This document shows, piece after piece, positions 1 to 12,155 of a DNA stretch of 64,000 nt. Positions within the stretch are counted from its first letter, which is position 1; each line of letters starts with the position of its first letter. The stretch is from Adineta vaga (Eukaryota; Animalia; Rotifera). Both the position numbers and the translations under genes were made by a program. The notes under the pieces were generated by a model. It ran no database searches and was not told where the DNA came from. It was given only the letters and a program-made list of their open reading frames with translations. Location: assembly GCA_021613535.1 (NCBI GenBank), contig CP075497.1, forward strand, positions 5,394,001-5,458,000, in the 5' to 3' direction.

Positions 1-310
1 CAAATAATTCAGAAATTGGAACATTACCGAAATCAGATTGAAAATATTTATCTATTGTTTTACCAATTTTGGAAATTGAACCATGTAAATCTTTATGTTT
101 ATCACTGTATTTTTTTGCTAATGGTTTGATTGTATCACGTAGATCGATTTTTACATTTGGATCATCTGGTAATTTGGAAATAAGAGTTTGAATTTGTTCG
201 ATAGATCTATCAAGATTTGTCTCAATGTCGTTGTAATATTCTTCGACAGATTCTATGGCTTTATCAACGTCTTTTTCCACAAGACTTAACATATTATTTG
301 TCGTGGACAT
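1..310 (-). CDS. RMND5: RMND5/GID2 E3 ligase subunit of the CTLH/GID complex, 5' part (runs off the window edge)
   Basis: Manual translation from ATG 310: MSTTNNMLSLVEKDVDKAIESVEEYY...KHKDLHGSISKIGKTIDKYFQSDFG, matching the RMND5 motif [22 protein letters not shown]. Not in the ORF track. Confidence 0.85.
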   Translation of the reverse strand, partial: MSTTNNMLSLVEKDVDKAIESVEEYYNDIETNLDRSIEQIQTLISKLPDDPNVKIDLRDTIKPLAKKYSDKHKDLHGSISKIGKTIDKYFQSDFGNVPISELF

Positions 311-712
311 TCACGTTTGAATCAGTTCAGTTCAGTTAAGTACAGATAACAAGTCAGATTTCAATTACATGTAGAAATATCTAACCAATCAACATGTAAT
401 CGCTAACGACCTCTATAGGAAATATAAAAAGTTGAAAAGTAGTTATGATAAATGAAAGCAAAATAATTTTTTCATAAAGAAAAGTGATTTCGATGGAAAA
501 ATTTTGTTTTTATGAAAACAGCTTAATGTCTTTGTCTAAGCGGTATCTGTCATTCATTGTTGAAAGACAAAGAACAAAGAACTAATTTGTATTTGTAGTA
601 ATAGGTGATACTTATGTTCTAATTGATGTAGATTAACAGTGTGACAAACTTATTTTGACTATTCTTTCTTTTGTAGATTGATTAATTGATTTATTCGTTC
701 GAACAGGCCGAC

Positions 713-1724
713 ATGGAAATTAATAAAGAAATGTCGAGCCATACTGGTGATGAAAATAATGATAGTTACAATGAATATTTTCAATCACTTATACCTAGCA
801 GTAGTCGTCTAGATTCTGGTTATTTAACATTTTCGTCTCCATGTACTACATCGCCATCTCGTCTGTCACCATCAAGTGTTATTTTACATCAACTTGATTC
901 TCCAATATCTGAACATGATATTCAATCACCAATCAATGCTGCAAGACGAAAATTTGTTTCTACACTAGATTATGAGCATTATCGATCAACAAGAAAACAT
1001 TTCGATATATTAACACAAATACATCATCGTAATGCTTATCATCTTCTCAATAGTATTCTCAATAATTTATCAAATGATGATCTATTTCATTGTAAAACTG
1101 TTTGTCGTAAATGGTATACAATTTTAAAAGATCATTCTCGACGTAAACAAACAACGAATGTTAAACGTAATTTATTTCATATTAATAATAAAACTCAAAT
1201 GAGAAAAAGTAAATTAATCAATAAACCAATGCAAACAATAACAAATTTACTTGATACAAAACTGAATGTGCCATTAATTATTGAAACAACTACAAATGAT
1301 GAAAATATTCTTCCATCAACACCATCTCAACAAGTATTTACTTCATCACCAGATGATAATATTTGTCTTACAGCAAGTAAAATGACATTTCGTTATGGAT
1401 ATTTAAAATATTTACATGGACCAACAGTACCGAAACATTGTCCCATTTGTGCATATGTTTCTATTGTTGATATCAATGATCAACATGGGTATGTTTAAAA
1501 GATTGAATTGACGATTTATTCTGTTTCGTTATATTATTTCTAGTATTTGTACAAATCCATTTTGTCGAAATAGTTTTTGTCAATGTTGTTCTGGTCCTTA
1601 TCATCCATCTAGTCCATGTAAAACAACAACAGGTCCAATTAAATCGCCATGGCGTCAACGTCCTGCAGTTTCTCCTATATTTTCAAATAAAACACGAAGT
1701 AATCTCCGACGATTATTGATGTAA
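713..1724 (+). CDS. Emi1/Emi2-like APC/C inhibitor F-box protein (FBXO5/FBXO43 family), 2 coding exons (713-1488, 1544-1724)
   Basis: DSGY motif; F-box (FDILTQIHHRNAYHLLNSILNNL...CKTVCRKW); zinc-binding region CPIC...CTNPFC...FCQCC..PYH spanning the intron; C-terminal RSNLRRLL tail like the Emi RL tail. Confidence 0.85.
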
Positions 1725-2117
1725 TATCAACTTTATTTATTTATTTATTAATTTACATATTTATTTCATCTTAAACTCTCGTCTCTTATGAAATACTGGT
1801 CATGTTTTAGTTTCTTCATCATCATGGTTTCTCCTTTTTTTTTACTTAAGCTTATGTCAGATATCTTTTCGTTGGTTAAATATATGTATTTTATGTATAT
1901 AATATTGATGTCGAATGATCATTATTTTTCTCTGTATAAAAATGTCAACCTGTGGAATTCAATCTTGTCATATGTGTCTGTGTTGTTGTTCTTGTTGTTC
2001 TTGTCTTATTAGTTTTTTTTGTTGTCTTCTCTCTCTCTCGCTTTTTTTATATGTAGTAAAACAATTTTGGGTGCCAATAAAAACAAAATCATACATCGAA
2101 AAGTTTTTTTTCTTTTA

Positions 2118-4360
2118 TTAAACAATCGGAGAGTTTTGATAATGTTGAATTAACCAACGATTATGTGCTTGAACAAGTTCTAATGCTTGGCGTTTCACTT
2201 GTTCATATTGACCATGAACATTTTGAGAAGCAAGAGATTCATCGAGTGTAAATAATGTTTGTGCAACGCTTTGTAATTTCTTTTCAAGACCAGTTAACTA
2301 AATAACAAGGAAGAAAACAAAATACGAAATGAAATCAAAGTTTGTATTGATATTTACTTGTTGAAATGTTTCATTATCTCGTAATTGACTTTGTGCAGCT
2401 TCAAACTGTGATTGTAATGTTTGAATTTCTGTTTTTGTAACTTGCCTTTGTTTACCCATATTACTTTTATCGGCAGCCAATTGTATTTTACGTTTTTCAG
2501 CTTTACGTTTTAAACCTTCGACATCATTAAATTTTTCCAAATCTTCTTGCATTTTTGCATATTGTTTTTTTAAATCTTGAAGTTCATCTGTTAGTTTTTG
2601 ATCCAGTGTTTCTAATTTCGCATAATCTTGTTTAACTTTACGATGTTGTTCAGCTAGAATAGTTAATGTATCATTTGATTTCTTTTTTTCCGCTTCATGT
2701 TGATCAATATTGGTTTTTAATTGAGTATAATCATCTCTTGTTAGAACTTGATCACCTTTAACTAACGTTCGACTTATTAATGATAATAATGTTAAATTAT
2801 TCTTTTGAATTGTTTTCATTTCATCAAGTTGTTGATCACGTGTTTGTTCATATGTTACTTGAAATTCATCGATTTGATGTTCACGTCTTTTTAATTCAAG
2901 ATATTTTTGTTTTGTATCTTCGTCAACAGTTGAAGATTTATTTTGTTGTTCAACTAATAAGGATGATGGCATATCATCACTTTCATAGGATTGTTTCAAA
3001 TATTCATTTCGTTCTTTTAATTCATTGATTTGTTTATCCATTGCAGCAACTTCTAGATTATCTTCTTTAACTTGTTGAGTTAATTTTTGTCGTTCTTGTT
3101 CAGGTGTAAGAGTATTTTTACTTTCATTTGTTAGATGATCACGTTTCAATTCAAGTTCATGAATTTGTTCAACTAAAGATAATGCTTCTTGTTTGATTAC
3201 GGCACCTGACATTTGTTCACGCATTTTATTCATACGACCTTCCATAGTACCGATTTCATTTTGCATCGAATCCATTTGACTTTGAAGTTTACTTGATGTC
3301 GATTTAATTTTACTATAACGTTGTTTTAAATCAGGATTCTAGAATAGATATAGAATCAAACAGAGAGAAAGGAATTGAGAAAGTTTTACCATATTTTCCA
3401 AGAGTCGTTCAGCCCTTTTCTTTTCATCATTAAGTTCACGTTCTAATCGAGTAATTCGTTCTTCTTTTCTAAATCATAACATTCAATTCGTCAGATGATA
3501 ATAAATATGATATTTATACCTTTGTTTTTCGAGATAGATATCATCAATAGATGATTCCACTTGATGATTATGTGCACTTAAATCTGCATATTCTTTTTTT
3601 AATTCAGCAACTTCACCTGTTGTTTGTAATCGATCGATAATCTAAATGTATCATTTCAGAAGTTAATATCTTTTCGAAGGAAAAGGAAAACTATGATGTA
3701 TTTATACCATATTATAATCGCCTAATTCATTACGTAAACTTTCGATTTGTTGTGACGAATCTTCAGCACTAGAAAAAGAGAATAAAATGTTCGGTTTTCC
3801 GATTAATAATTCTATTTAGGTATACGAACGCTTTGCTTAAAGCAAAATATTGTTTATTATCTTCAGTAAATGAATCAGTTTCACGTTGTAAACGATCAAT
3901 TTCTGCTTCAAGTTCCGTTACTTTTGATCTACGAATAAATTCTTACTTAATTCAATTCGTACAGATGAAATTCAAAATATTTACCGAACAAGACCAACAA
4001 AATATGTTCGATCCTGTACTTGACGACCACCAAATCCACCTGCATTTTGAATTCCACCTAATCCACCTCGATTCATAGGTGTATCTTCAACTTTAATACG
4101 CATATTTGAACCAAGTGGACCACCTCGACTGACAGGACGTTGCTGTAATGTTAATCGAAACATGAAATTCTATTTAAACACAGAGAAACTTACTCCACTA
4201 GCAGTTGTTAACCGAGTAGCCGTACCAATGGGGCGACCACTGCTTGTACCTGGCACTAAATAAAGTTCATGATAATAAAAACATCAATGTCAGATATAAC
4301 AAAGATAATTCATTACAAACCTTGTGGATTTCTTGATGATGGTGGAATTGCACGCGACAT
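2118..4360 (-). CDS. IFT74: Intraflagellar transport protein 74, multi-exon
   Basis: Basic N-terminus, RQVQDRTYFVGLVRSKVTELEAEI (IFT74 RQILDKSYYLGLLRSK motif), long coiled coil; ATG 4360, TAA 2118-2120. Confidence 0.9.
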
Positions 4361-4442
4361 TTTATTTCTCTTCGCAAAAAAATGATTCTTTTTTTCTATG
4401 ACTGATTAATATACACCATCTTGTTGTATGCTCTCACAAAAT

Positions 4443-4456
4443 GTTGTCTTAGCAAC
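4443..4456. promoter_or_regulatory. RFX X-box upstream of IFT74
   Basis: GTTGTC-TT-AGCAAC fits the X-box consensus GTHNYY-N0-3-RRNAAC, ~83 nt upstream of the ATG of a ciliary gene. Confidence 0.7.
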
Positions 4457-4685
4457 AATTCTTTAATTCATTGTAGATGTCGTTTTTTTTCCTACTTAAT
4501 TCTGTCAGTTAAACATGCAGATATATTTTCTTTTATTGAAAAATATAACTCTCGAAAGCAATATTCACAATCTAGTGGAGAAAATGCACACAATTTTGTT
4601 CATTTAAAAAAACAAAAGAAAGAGAGAGAAAGCAACAAAATTCGTAGCACCAAAATAAAGATGTGTATATGTGGAAAGAATTATT

Positions 4686-7600
4686 TTACGAAATTAATTG
4701 TAATGGACGATAAGAACGAAGAAGAAGTTTCGAAGTTCGTTCACATTCACGTTGAAATGAAAGATCATTTAAAGGTTGAATATCGATAGGAACCTGATAT
4801 GTATGGGATACAGCTGCTTGTAAAGATTTGATGAATTGAACCATTTCTTTGGTAAATAGAAAATAAAAAATCCAAGATTTTGAACCATGATTTCCCTGTT
4901 CAATTGTCTAGAAAAACATAAATAGAAATAAATATTTTTAGAACTTTTTGAAAAGAAATCTTTACTTACCAATACACAATAATATGGACAATGTGAATCG
5001 ACAAATAATCGTGCAATATAATCTAGTTTTATCGAATCAAGTTGACGAATGAGTGCATTATCTTGTTCATCATGGCATACATAGATTTTCTCTTCAGTTA
5101 ACATGACACTACATGGAACTGTATTTGCTGTATTTTCTTCATCTTTCATAGCTATACGCTAAGTTTTAAAATAGTTTATAATGGTTATGATAGAAAAAAT
5201 CTATTCAATTCGACTTACTCCTTGAGAAAGACCTTTCATAATAGCATTTAACCATTCATCTTGATCACTTTTCGATTTCGCTGCCATTACTAATTTAACA
5301 TCATTAGCAAACATTATTTCAATAGCATGAGGACGATCTGTATTACGATTTCGACGACATCCCTGACAATTTTCATCACTAAATATGTTTATCATCATTT
5401 TAATATGTGTTTTTTTAAATAACTAATATCCTTACAGTAATGTATATGATAATGCAGGAGTACTATCTGACTTATGTAAATAGATATTGAGACGATCAAC
5501 TCTAAAAGAAATAAATGATTGATTTGAAAAATAAAGAATTGATTTAGTAGTTACCTTAGAGTGACATAAGCATTTCGCCATCCTTCAAATGGTTGTCGAT
5601 GAGATTTTAGCGTAGCTGCACTTAAACGTTTCATTGCTGATGGTGGTTCAACAAGTTTTGTAAAGAGATGACCTTCTTTACGTAATTTTCGTCCGGACAT
5701 TTGTGGTTCTTCCCAAAATATATAATGATAATCAAGTAATTTAACATCATGTACACTCTTTTTTGAAAAGAAATCAGATAAGAAATAGATAATCGTTATT
5801 CAAAATTAATACATACATTCTTTTTTAAATCATTTGCTAATTCTTTTTTAATAGATATTTCTTGCATAGTAGCAGGTAATACTTGTGGTTCAGGAAAACG
5901 ACCATAGTCAGCAGCTTCACGAATACTCGTACATATAGCTCTGTATTAAACAAAATGCGCATCAGATTAGAATCGATTTGTTTTCTCGTGAATGTTACTT
6001 TGTTAATTCGATGGATCCAGTTGTCAAACAACGAAGTTTTGTATGTTTAATTGTAATGATACGTAAGAACTGTTCATTTGGACCAACCTAGAAATCATTC
6101 AGCAATTACTTGTAATCATGAAAGAAACAAGAAAAGAATGTTGTACTTCAATATAATCGATTTGTTCTATTCGAATACTTTCGATTTTATCCAAACGATA
6201 TGAACCATTGATTTCATTAACTTGTCGAAGTAAATAAACATTCATTGTTGTTATAAGAAGAAACACAACTTCGGGATTGCCATTATTATGACCAATTATT
6301 GTTGGAAATAACTATTCAAAAACATTTGGAAATATAGAAAAATCAATTGTCATTCTCTTACTTTAATAAATTTTTCTTTGTTTTCCATTTCATAAACTTC
6401 TAAAGTAAGTTGTAATTGCATATTAGCATCAGCACTAAAGATACACTATAAAAATCGAGAACACAACAATTGCATTCATCTTACATCATATCAAGAGCAT
6501 CTTCTGGTATATTTTGAAAAAGATCATCATTTTTTCTTTCAATACTTAATTCATTTAATCCCATATCAATCGATGTCGATGATGAAGAGATTACAGAATT
6601 TTCGGGTAGTTCGAATGTATTTTTTGATTCTTCCACAATTACCGATGGTTGGATTTCGATGGGTATTGATGGGTTATCAATTGTATCAATTACAGACGAT
6701 TTATCATCAGGAATCAGTGATATTACTGATTCCTCAACCATAGTTGATGGAATTGGTGATGGTGTTCGAGGTCGAACATTGAAGATTGGATCAAGTTCAC
6801 TTAAACTAGAACTTAGCTCAGGTTTTGTATTAGGTAAAGCTAATGGTGAATCTGTTGTGATAGGTAGAGTATTGGTTCCTTGATTTTCTTCATTAAGTGA
6901 TGAACCGTCTATTGATGGATTATCAAAACTAACAGATGATGAACGAGACAGATTCATTGTATGGATATCCGATGATATATAACTATTAACAACTGATGAT
7001 GTCGTCGATGAACGTGTTGTTTTTTTAGGAACACGCATACGTTCTAATTAATACCAACAGAAAAAGATAGAATGATTTTTTTAAATAATTCTAAAAGATT
7101 ATCTGACTTGATGTGGCAATTGCATTGTTTAATACAGCTGATGTTGACGGTAAATGTTGCACGTCATATCTTGATAAATATGTTGTGAATGATGGAACAT
7201 CATTTCGTACACCTGGCAATGAAAGTTTTTCTGTTTCTTTAATATCTACTTGTAGATATGCAGGCCAACAGCTTCGATCAAAATATACACAATCCTAAAC
7301 AATCCATTTTGTATTTATTTCAATCAAGGTTTTCTTTCAGTCTTACGGATTTTAAATTAAATTGAATATTCTCTAAACCAGAACATAATGTTGTCAATGC
7401 AATTAATCTCTACAACAAGAAAGTTTTGTGAAATTAAAAATTTATCAATGAATTCTTACTTGAGTGTCATTTATAATCGAATCTGAAGTATAGAATTTCT
7501 TGACTAATTTTCTGTTATCTTGAAAACATTTCATATAACTTTCTGTTAAACTATCATTAAGTGCTAGGAAAAACCATGCACGACCACGTCCAAGATTTGT

Positions 7601-7990
7601 TTCAATATTCAATAAAGATTCAATCTGTTCTAATAATAATTTCGGAGTAAAATCTGATACACATTTATAATAACCATCTTGAACATATTTTAATCTAAAT
7701 GAGCAACGAATCTTTTAGTAATATTTCAACATAAAACAAATCGTTCTTTACCCATAGAGTAAAGCAAAATCGAGATGTTCAAGTAAGCAATGTACTTGCC
7801 AATCATCATTTGTTATAACTCGTGAAGTTTGATCTTCATTATCAACAGCTAATCGATGAATCTAAAAGAAAACTGATTCTTTTTTTTCGATTAATTGAAA
7901 TTCAGTTTAACGAACTTCTCGAATGGCAGCAGAAATATTCGTAAGAATTTTATCTTTAATTATTCGTGGACCGTAGAGATAACTCATCAT
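4686..7990 (-). CDS. PLEKHM2: PLEKHM2/SKIP (N-terminal RUN domain, C-terminal PH domain), multi-exon
   Basis: KDKILTNIS...LEHLDFALLYG...TNLGRGRAWFFLALND RUN domain; PH region CQGCRRNRNTDRPHAIEI...DEWLNAI; TAA 4686-4688. Confidence 0.88.
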
Positions 7991-8514
7991 TAATCTAGAA
8001 CAAGAAAAAAAACAATTTCGATTCAATAATTCATTGAATTAAAAGTGCACATGATAATTAATCTCGATTTTGAGTTCAAATTAGCATATAAACAGACCTC
8101 TAATCCTAGAATCATGAACGAGAGTAATGCATATTTAGAAGAAGGAAAAAAAAACTAGATGCAAATAGAATTCATTTGATTTTTTATATCAATAAGGTTA
8201 GTTCAATTGACATCAAACTAGACTATATATATACAAATGAGTCATAGGAATTTAATCATACGATAGACGATGACTCATTTCCTTGACGAGTAAATAGTAG
8301 TTATCTAGAAGAAAAAATTGTTTGATTTATGATTCTCTTTTTATTTCTATTGAAAATCGAATACGGCTGAAAGCAACATAAGTACTTGACTGATTTGATT
8401 AATGTTATGAAAACATTTCATAGAACAGAAAATGTCAAAGAGAAAATTGAATCAATTAGATTTATTATCACAAAAGGTGTAACAAAATTGTCCTAAAATA
8501 TTATTTTCCATTTG

Positions 8515-9607
8515 TTACGATGAAGCACGTGAAAATGGTGGAAGAATAATTGAATTTTCGAAGTCGGATTCAGTGAGATTCTCTTCAACTTTCTGATTTT
8601 CATTCATTGTTGATGTTTTAGCATGACTTGTAAACCATTTTGGTTTCAATGCATTTTTAACTGCATTCCAAGCAAAATCACCACTTTGTTGTTGTAAACC
8701 GGTATCATTAAGTATATCCTTAACAAATGTTGTTGCAGTTATTTTGACACTTTCATCATTCAAAACTTGATGAGCAACTTCACGTGCTAAATTCGTTAAG
8801 ATTTCTTTGGTTTTTTCACTATCAATAAATTCTTTTAATAAGATATATAATGCATCTTGATTGTCTTTTTGTAAGATAGCACGACGAAATAAATGTCCTA
8901 ATTGAATTTCTGTTTCAGGTTTTTTCATCACATCATAAATAATTTGCGATGTAAATTCTGAAACATTCTTTTGCATTTCATTATCAGTCATTAGGCGTTG
9001 TAAAAGACGAATCAATGTGTCTTTTGTTGATGGATTGTCCATGACATGTTCGAGAAATAACAATGCTTTAGATAATATATTTGGATCCGCGAGAAGATTT
9101 TGAATCAATTCTTGAGATAAAAGATTCACTTGTTGTCTAACACTGTCTGCAAAGAGAAACATAAGAATAAAACTACGAAATGATGCTAGTTATTTTGCTT
9201 TTGATTTTCTTACCTTGTTCCAAACTACTTCTAGCCACATCAGCAACTTGTGCAACCGTTTGATTTTTCAAGGGTGTACGAAATACATATAAGAAAAGTA
9301 CTGTAGAGACAATCACAATTCCAGCTCCGATGATAAGTGCTTTCACTACCCCGCGTTGTTCATGAAAATGTAGTCGACGTAAAACAAGTTCAGATATTTC
9401 ACTTGCTGATAAATGACTACGTATTGATGTCGAAGTCGGATCTTTCTTCTTAGGAAGCGGTGATACTGGTGGCGATGGCGGCGGTGGTGGTGGTAGCGAA
9501 TCATTTGCATTTGCTAAAATTCTTGTGAAATGTATCGATCGAGATTTTGTTAGGATTAATTGAGGAAGAAGAAATCCTCGTCGTAGAAAATTTAGTCTTG
9601 ACAACAT
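8515..9607 (-). CDS. Uncharacterised protein with a mitochondrial-type presequence, one TM helix and helical repeats; 2 exons
   Basis: Two ORFs joined by a ~60 nt GT-AG intron near 9150-9213; Arg-rich acid-free N-terminus (MLSRLNFLRRGF); TM segment ALIIGAGIVIVSTVLFLYVF. Confidence 0.75.
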
Positions 9608-9819
9608 CTTGAAGACAAAAAGAAAGAAGAATGAGATCTTTATCGAAAGGCTTGGGGATTATGACTTTTGTTTTCTTGCATTTACAGATAATCAAAGAAA
9701 CACACTGTTGAAATAAAATACAATAGGGAGAGAAGAAAAAAAAGAAGAAGAAAAGATATCTTTCTTATAACTTCATCTTTTCTTATAGACATCTTACAAA
9801 AAAGAAACGAAATAAATTA

Positions 9820-10963
9820 TTATTCAGTCATTTGTGGTTCATCATCATTGTTATCAGCCATACGAGCAGCACGAAATTCATTATAATGTTGTTTACGTTT
9901 TAATTCAAATTGTTTTTTTCGTTCTAAAAATAGCAGCATGATATTCGAAAACAATCGTTGTATAATTCAACAAACCTAATTCTTCTGGTGTTAAGTTTTG
10001 TTCATCAATATGATCATCTTCAACATGAACATGATGATGATGATGTGTCGAATCTTGTGATGAATGATGTACTAAAATTGGTTTGATCGAATCTACTGAT
10101 GAACGTGAAGATGACAAACTAAAAAGGAAGTCTTGTTTTTCTTTGTTTTATATAAATAAAACCAAAGTAAACTTACGTTCCATTTCCGCTATTTCCACTT
10201 TCTATTCCTGTGGAACTTGCTTGTTTTTCTTCTTGTTCAAGAGCGCGAAGTTCATCATCGATTTCTTTTTTACGTAAACGAACAACTTCAAATTCGTTAT
10301 AATGTTTTTTACGATGACTTTCGAATTCTTTACGATGTTCTACGAAAATCAATTCCAAACTAGTATACTGGTTCGATAGTGAACAGTTCTCTGTTTACCT
10401 AAGTCATTAGATGACGGTCCCATATCATCATCAATTGATCTTCTTGGTTTATGATCTGTATGTAATACCGATGAAGATGTTTTCGAATCATTTAATCTAC
10501 AAATCATAGCATGAAAATAATTGTATGCATGATTTCAAAATAAAAACCTTTGAGCAAGTGCACTGGGATCAACTCCTGTTATTGGTTCTGTTTCGACTTC
10601 TTCATCAATAATATCATTTGGTGCGTATGGTGTTTTCGGTTCTTCAATTTTCATATGACCATAATCTTTATCTGCTGGATGATACGTTGCAATAATATTC
10701 ATTTCATCAAAATGTGGAATTTTATGACTGAAAAACGAAAAGCGTCACCAAAACAAATTTGCTTTTGTAAGATAAATACACCTTTTACTCTCTGATCGAG
10801 TCATTCCAGCATTTGAACAATTGTCTGCCAATGATTTATTATCATGATGATAATCTTGACCAACATCATCAATACTTTTCGTTGATTTAAGAATACCTTT
10901 CGCTGGTTGCATGTTTAAATTAGCCACCGGGTTATAGTCGGAATTATCATTATTCAATGACAT
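9820..10963 (-). CDS. PPP1R2: Protein phosphatase 1 inhibitor-2, 6 exons
   Basis: KGILK motif; [31 protein letters not shown]; HYNE helix present twice; TAA 9820-9822. Confidence 0.93.
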
Positions 10964-12155
10964 TATGCTTCTATTAATCTGATTGGGATTATGACTTAAT
11001 TGATTGATATAATGTGAAGATTTTTTTCATCTAAAACTATAGACAATTGTTATAACGTGAGACTCAACATCAGCATCGAATGTCTTTTTATTCCATATGC
11101 CGTGCTATTTTCTTTTCTGTTCTTTTCTTCTTGTACTTTGTCTCTCTCGCGCTCTACTTAGAAGAAAAAAACTCGAGCGAAAAAATATAGTACGAGCACA
11201 TCTAGCATTCTAACATCATTGAATTATTACCAAGATTCTGAACGACTGCTGTCTTCCGCTTTTGTCTATGTCACCTATTAAGAGATAGATGATTCGATTT
11301 CATTGTAAGAAAGAAAGAAAGAAAGAAAGAAAAATTGAATCAAGCCACATGTCGAAAATCACGAGAGTTTTATTTATCTAATATTTTAGAGACAAGAAAT
11401 AATCTACTCAAGATGATTGTGTTGATTTCGAATGATGAAACTAACTCAATAATTTCTCAAGGAAATTAGATATGTTAGATGTCAATAAGAATTTTAATCA
11501 TGCTTACTATTATCACAGAAAAGTTATTCATTGTTAAATATGAATAGTTGAACGATCATTTAAAAATAACTAGAAGAAAAAATATTCAACATAAACAAAA
11601 CAAAACTGTCTCTATCAATTGAAAGAAAAACGAACGAAAATATTAACCGTATTTTTTCATCAGGTGATTCGAAAAAAAAGTGTAAATATTCAATTATGAT
11701 AACTATAGGATAAACTTTTCAATGATTACATAAAGAAAGATTCTCAAACTGACAATGAGTATAATATGATTATATTATCATAATATAATGTGAAAAAAAT
11801 TGAATCTCATTGCGTGATAATCAACGCCAAATAATCGTTGATAGTAGCGTTTGTTTGTGATTGTCAATAAAGGTTAAAACAAAAGATTTGATTTGTAATT
11901 GAATCTGACCAATAGAGAACAAGATCAACAAATCAGTAAACATCCGTTTATAACTGACATCAATATTATAAATGGCCATGAAAGAAAACGGCAATACTGA
12001 CATTTATCTAAGTAGTGGATACGATAGACTGATGATTAGTAACCTTGTATATCGTCTAAGCGATTGAAGTGTCTTTTTCTAAGAAAAACATTTCATTAAA
12101 TACTTTCATTTCAGATGATAAGCATGATGTAGTAGAAGACGACAAGAAAAAGAAG

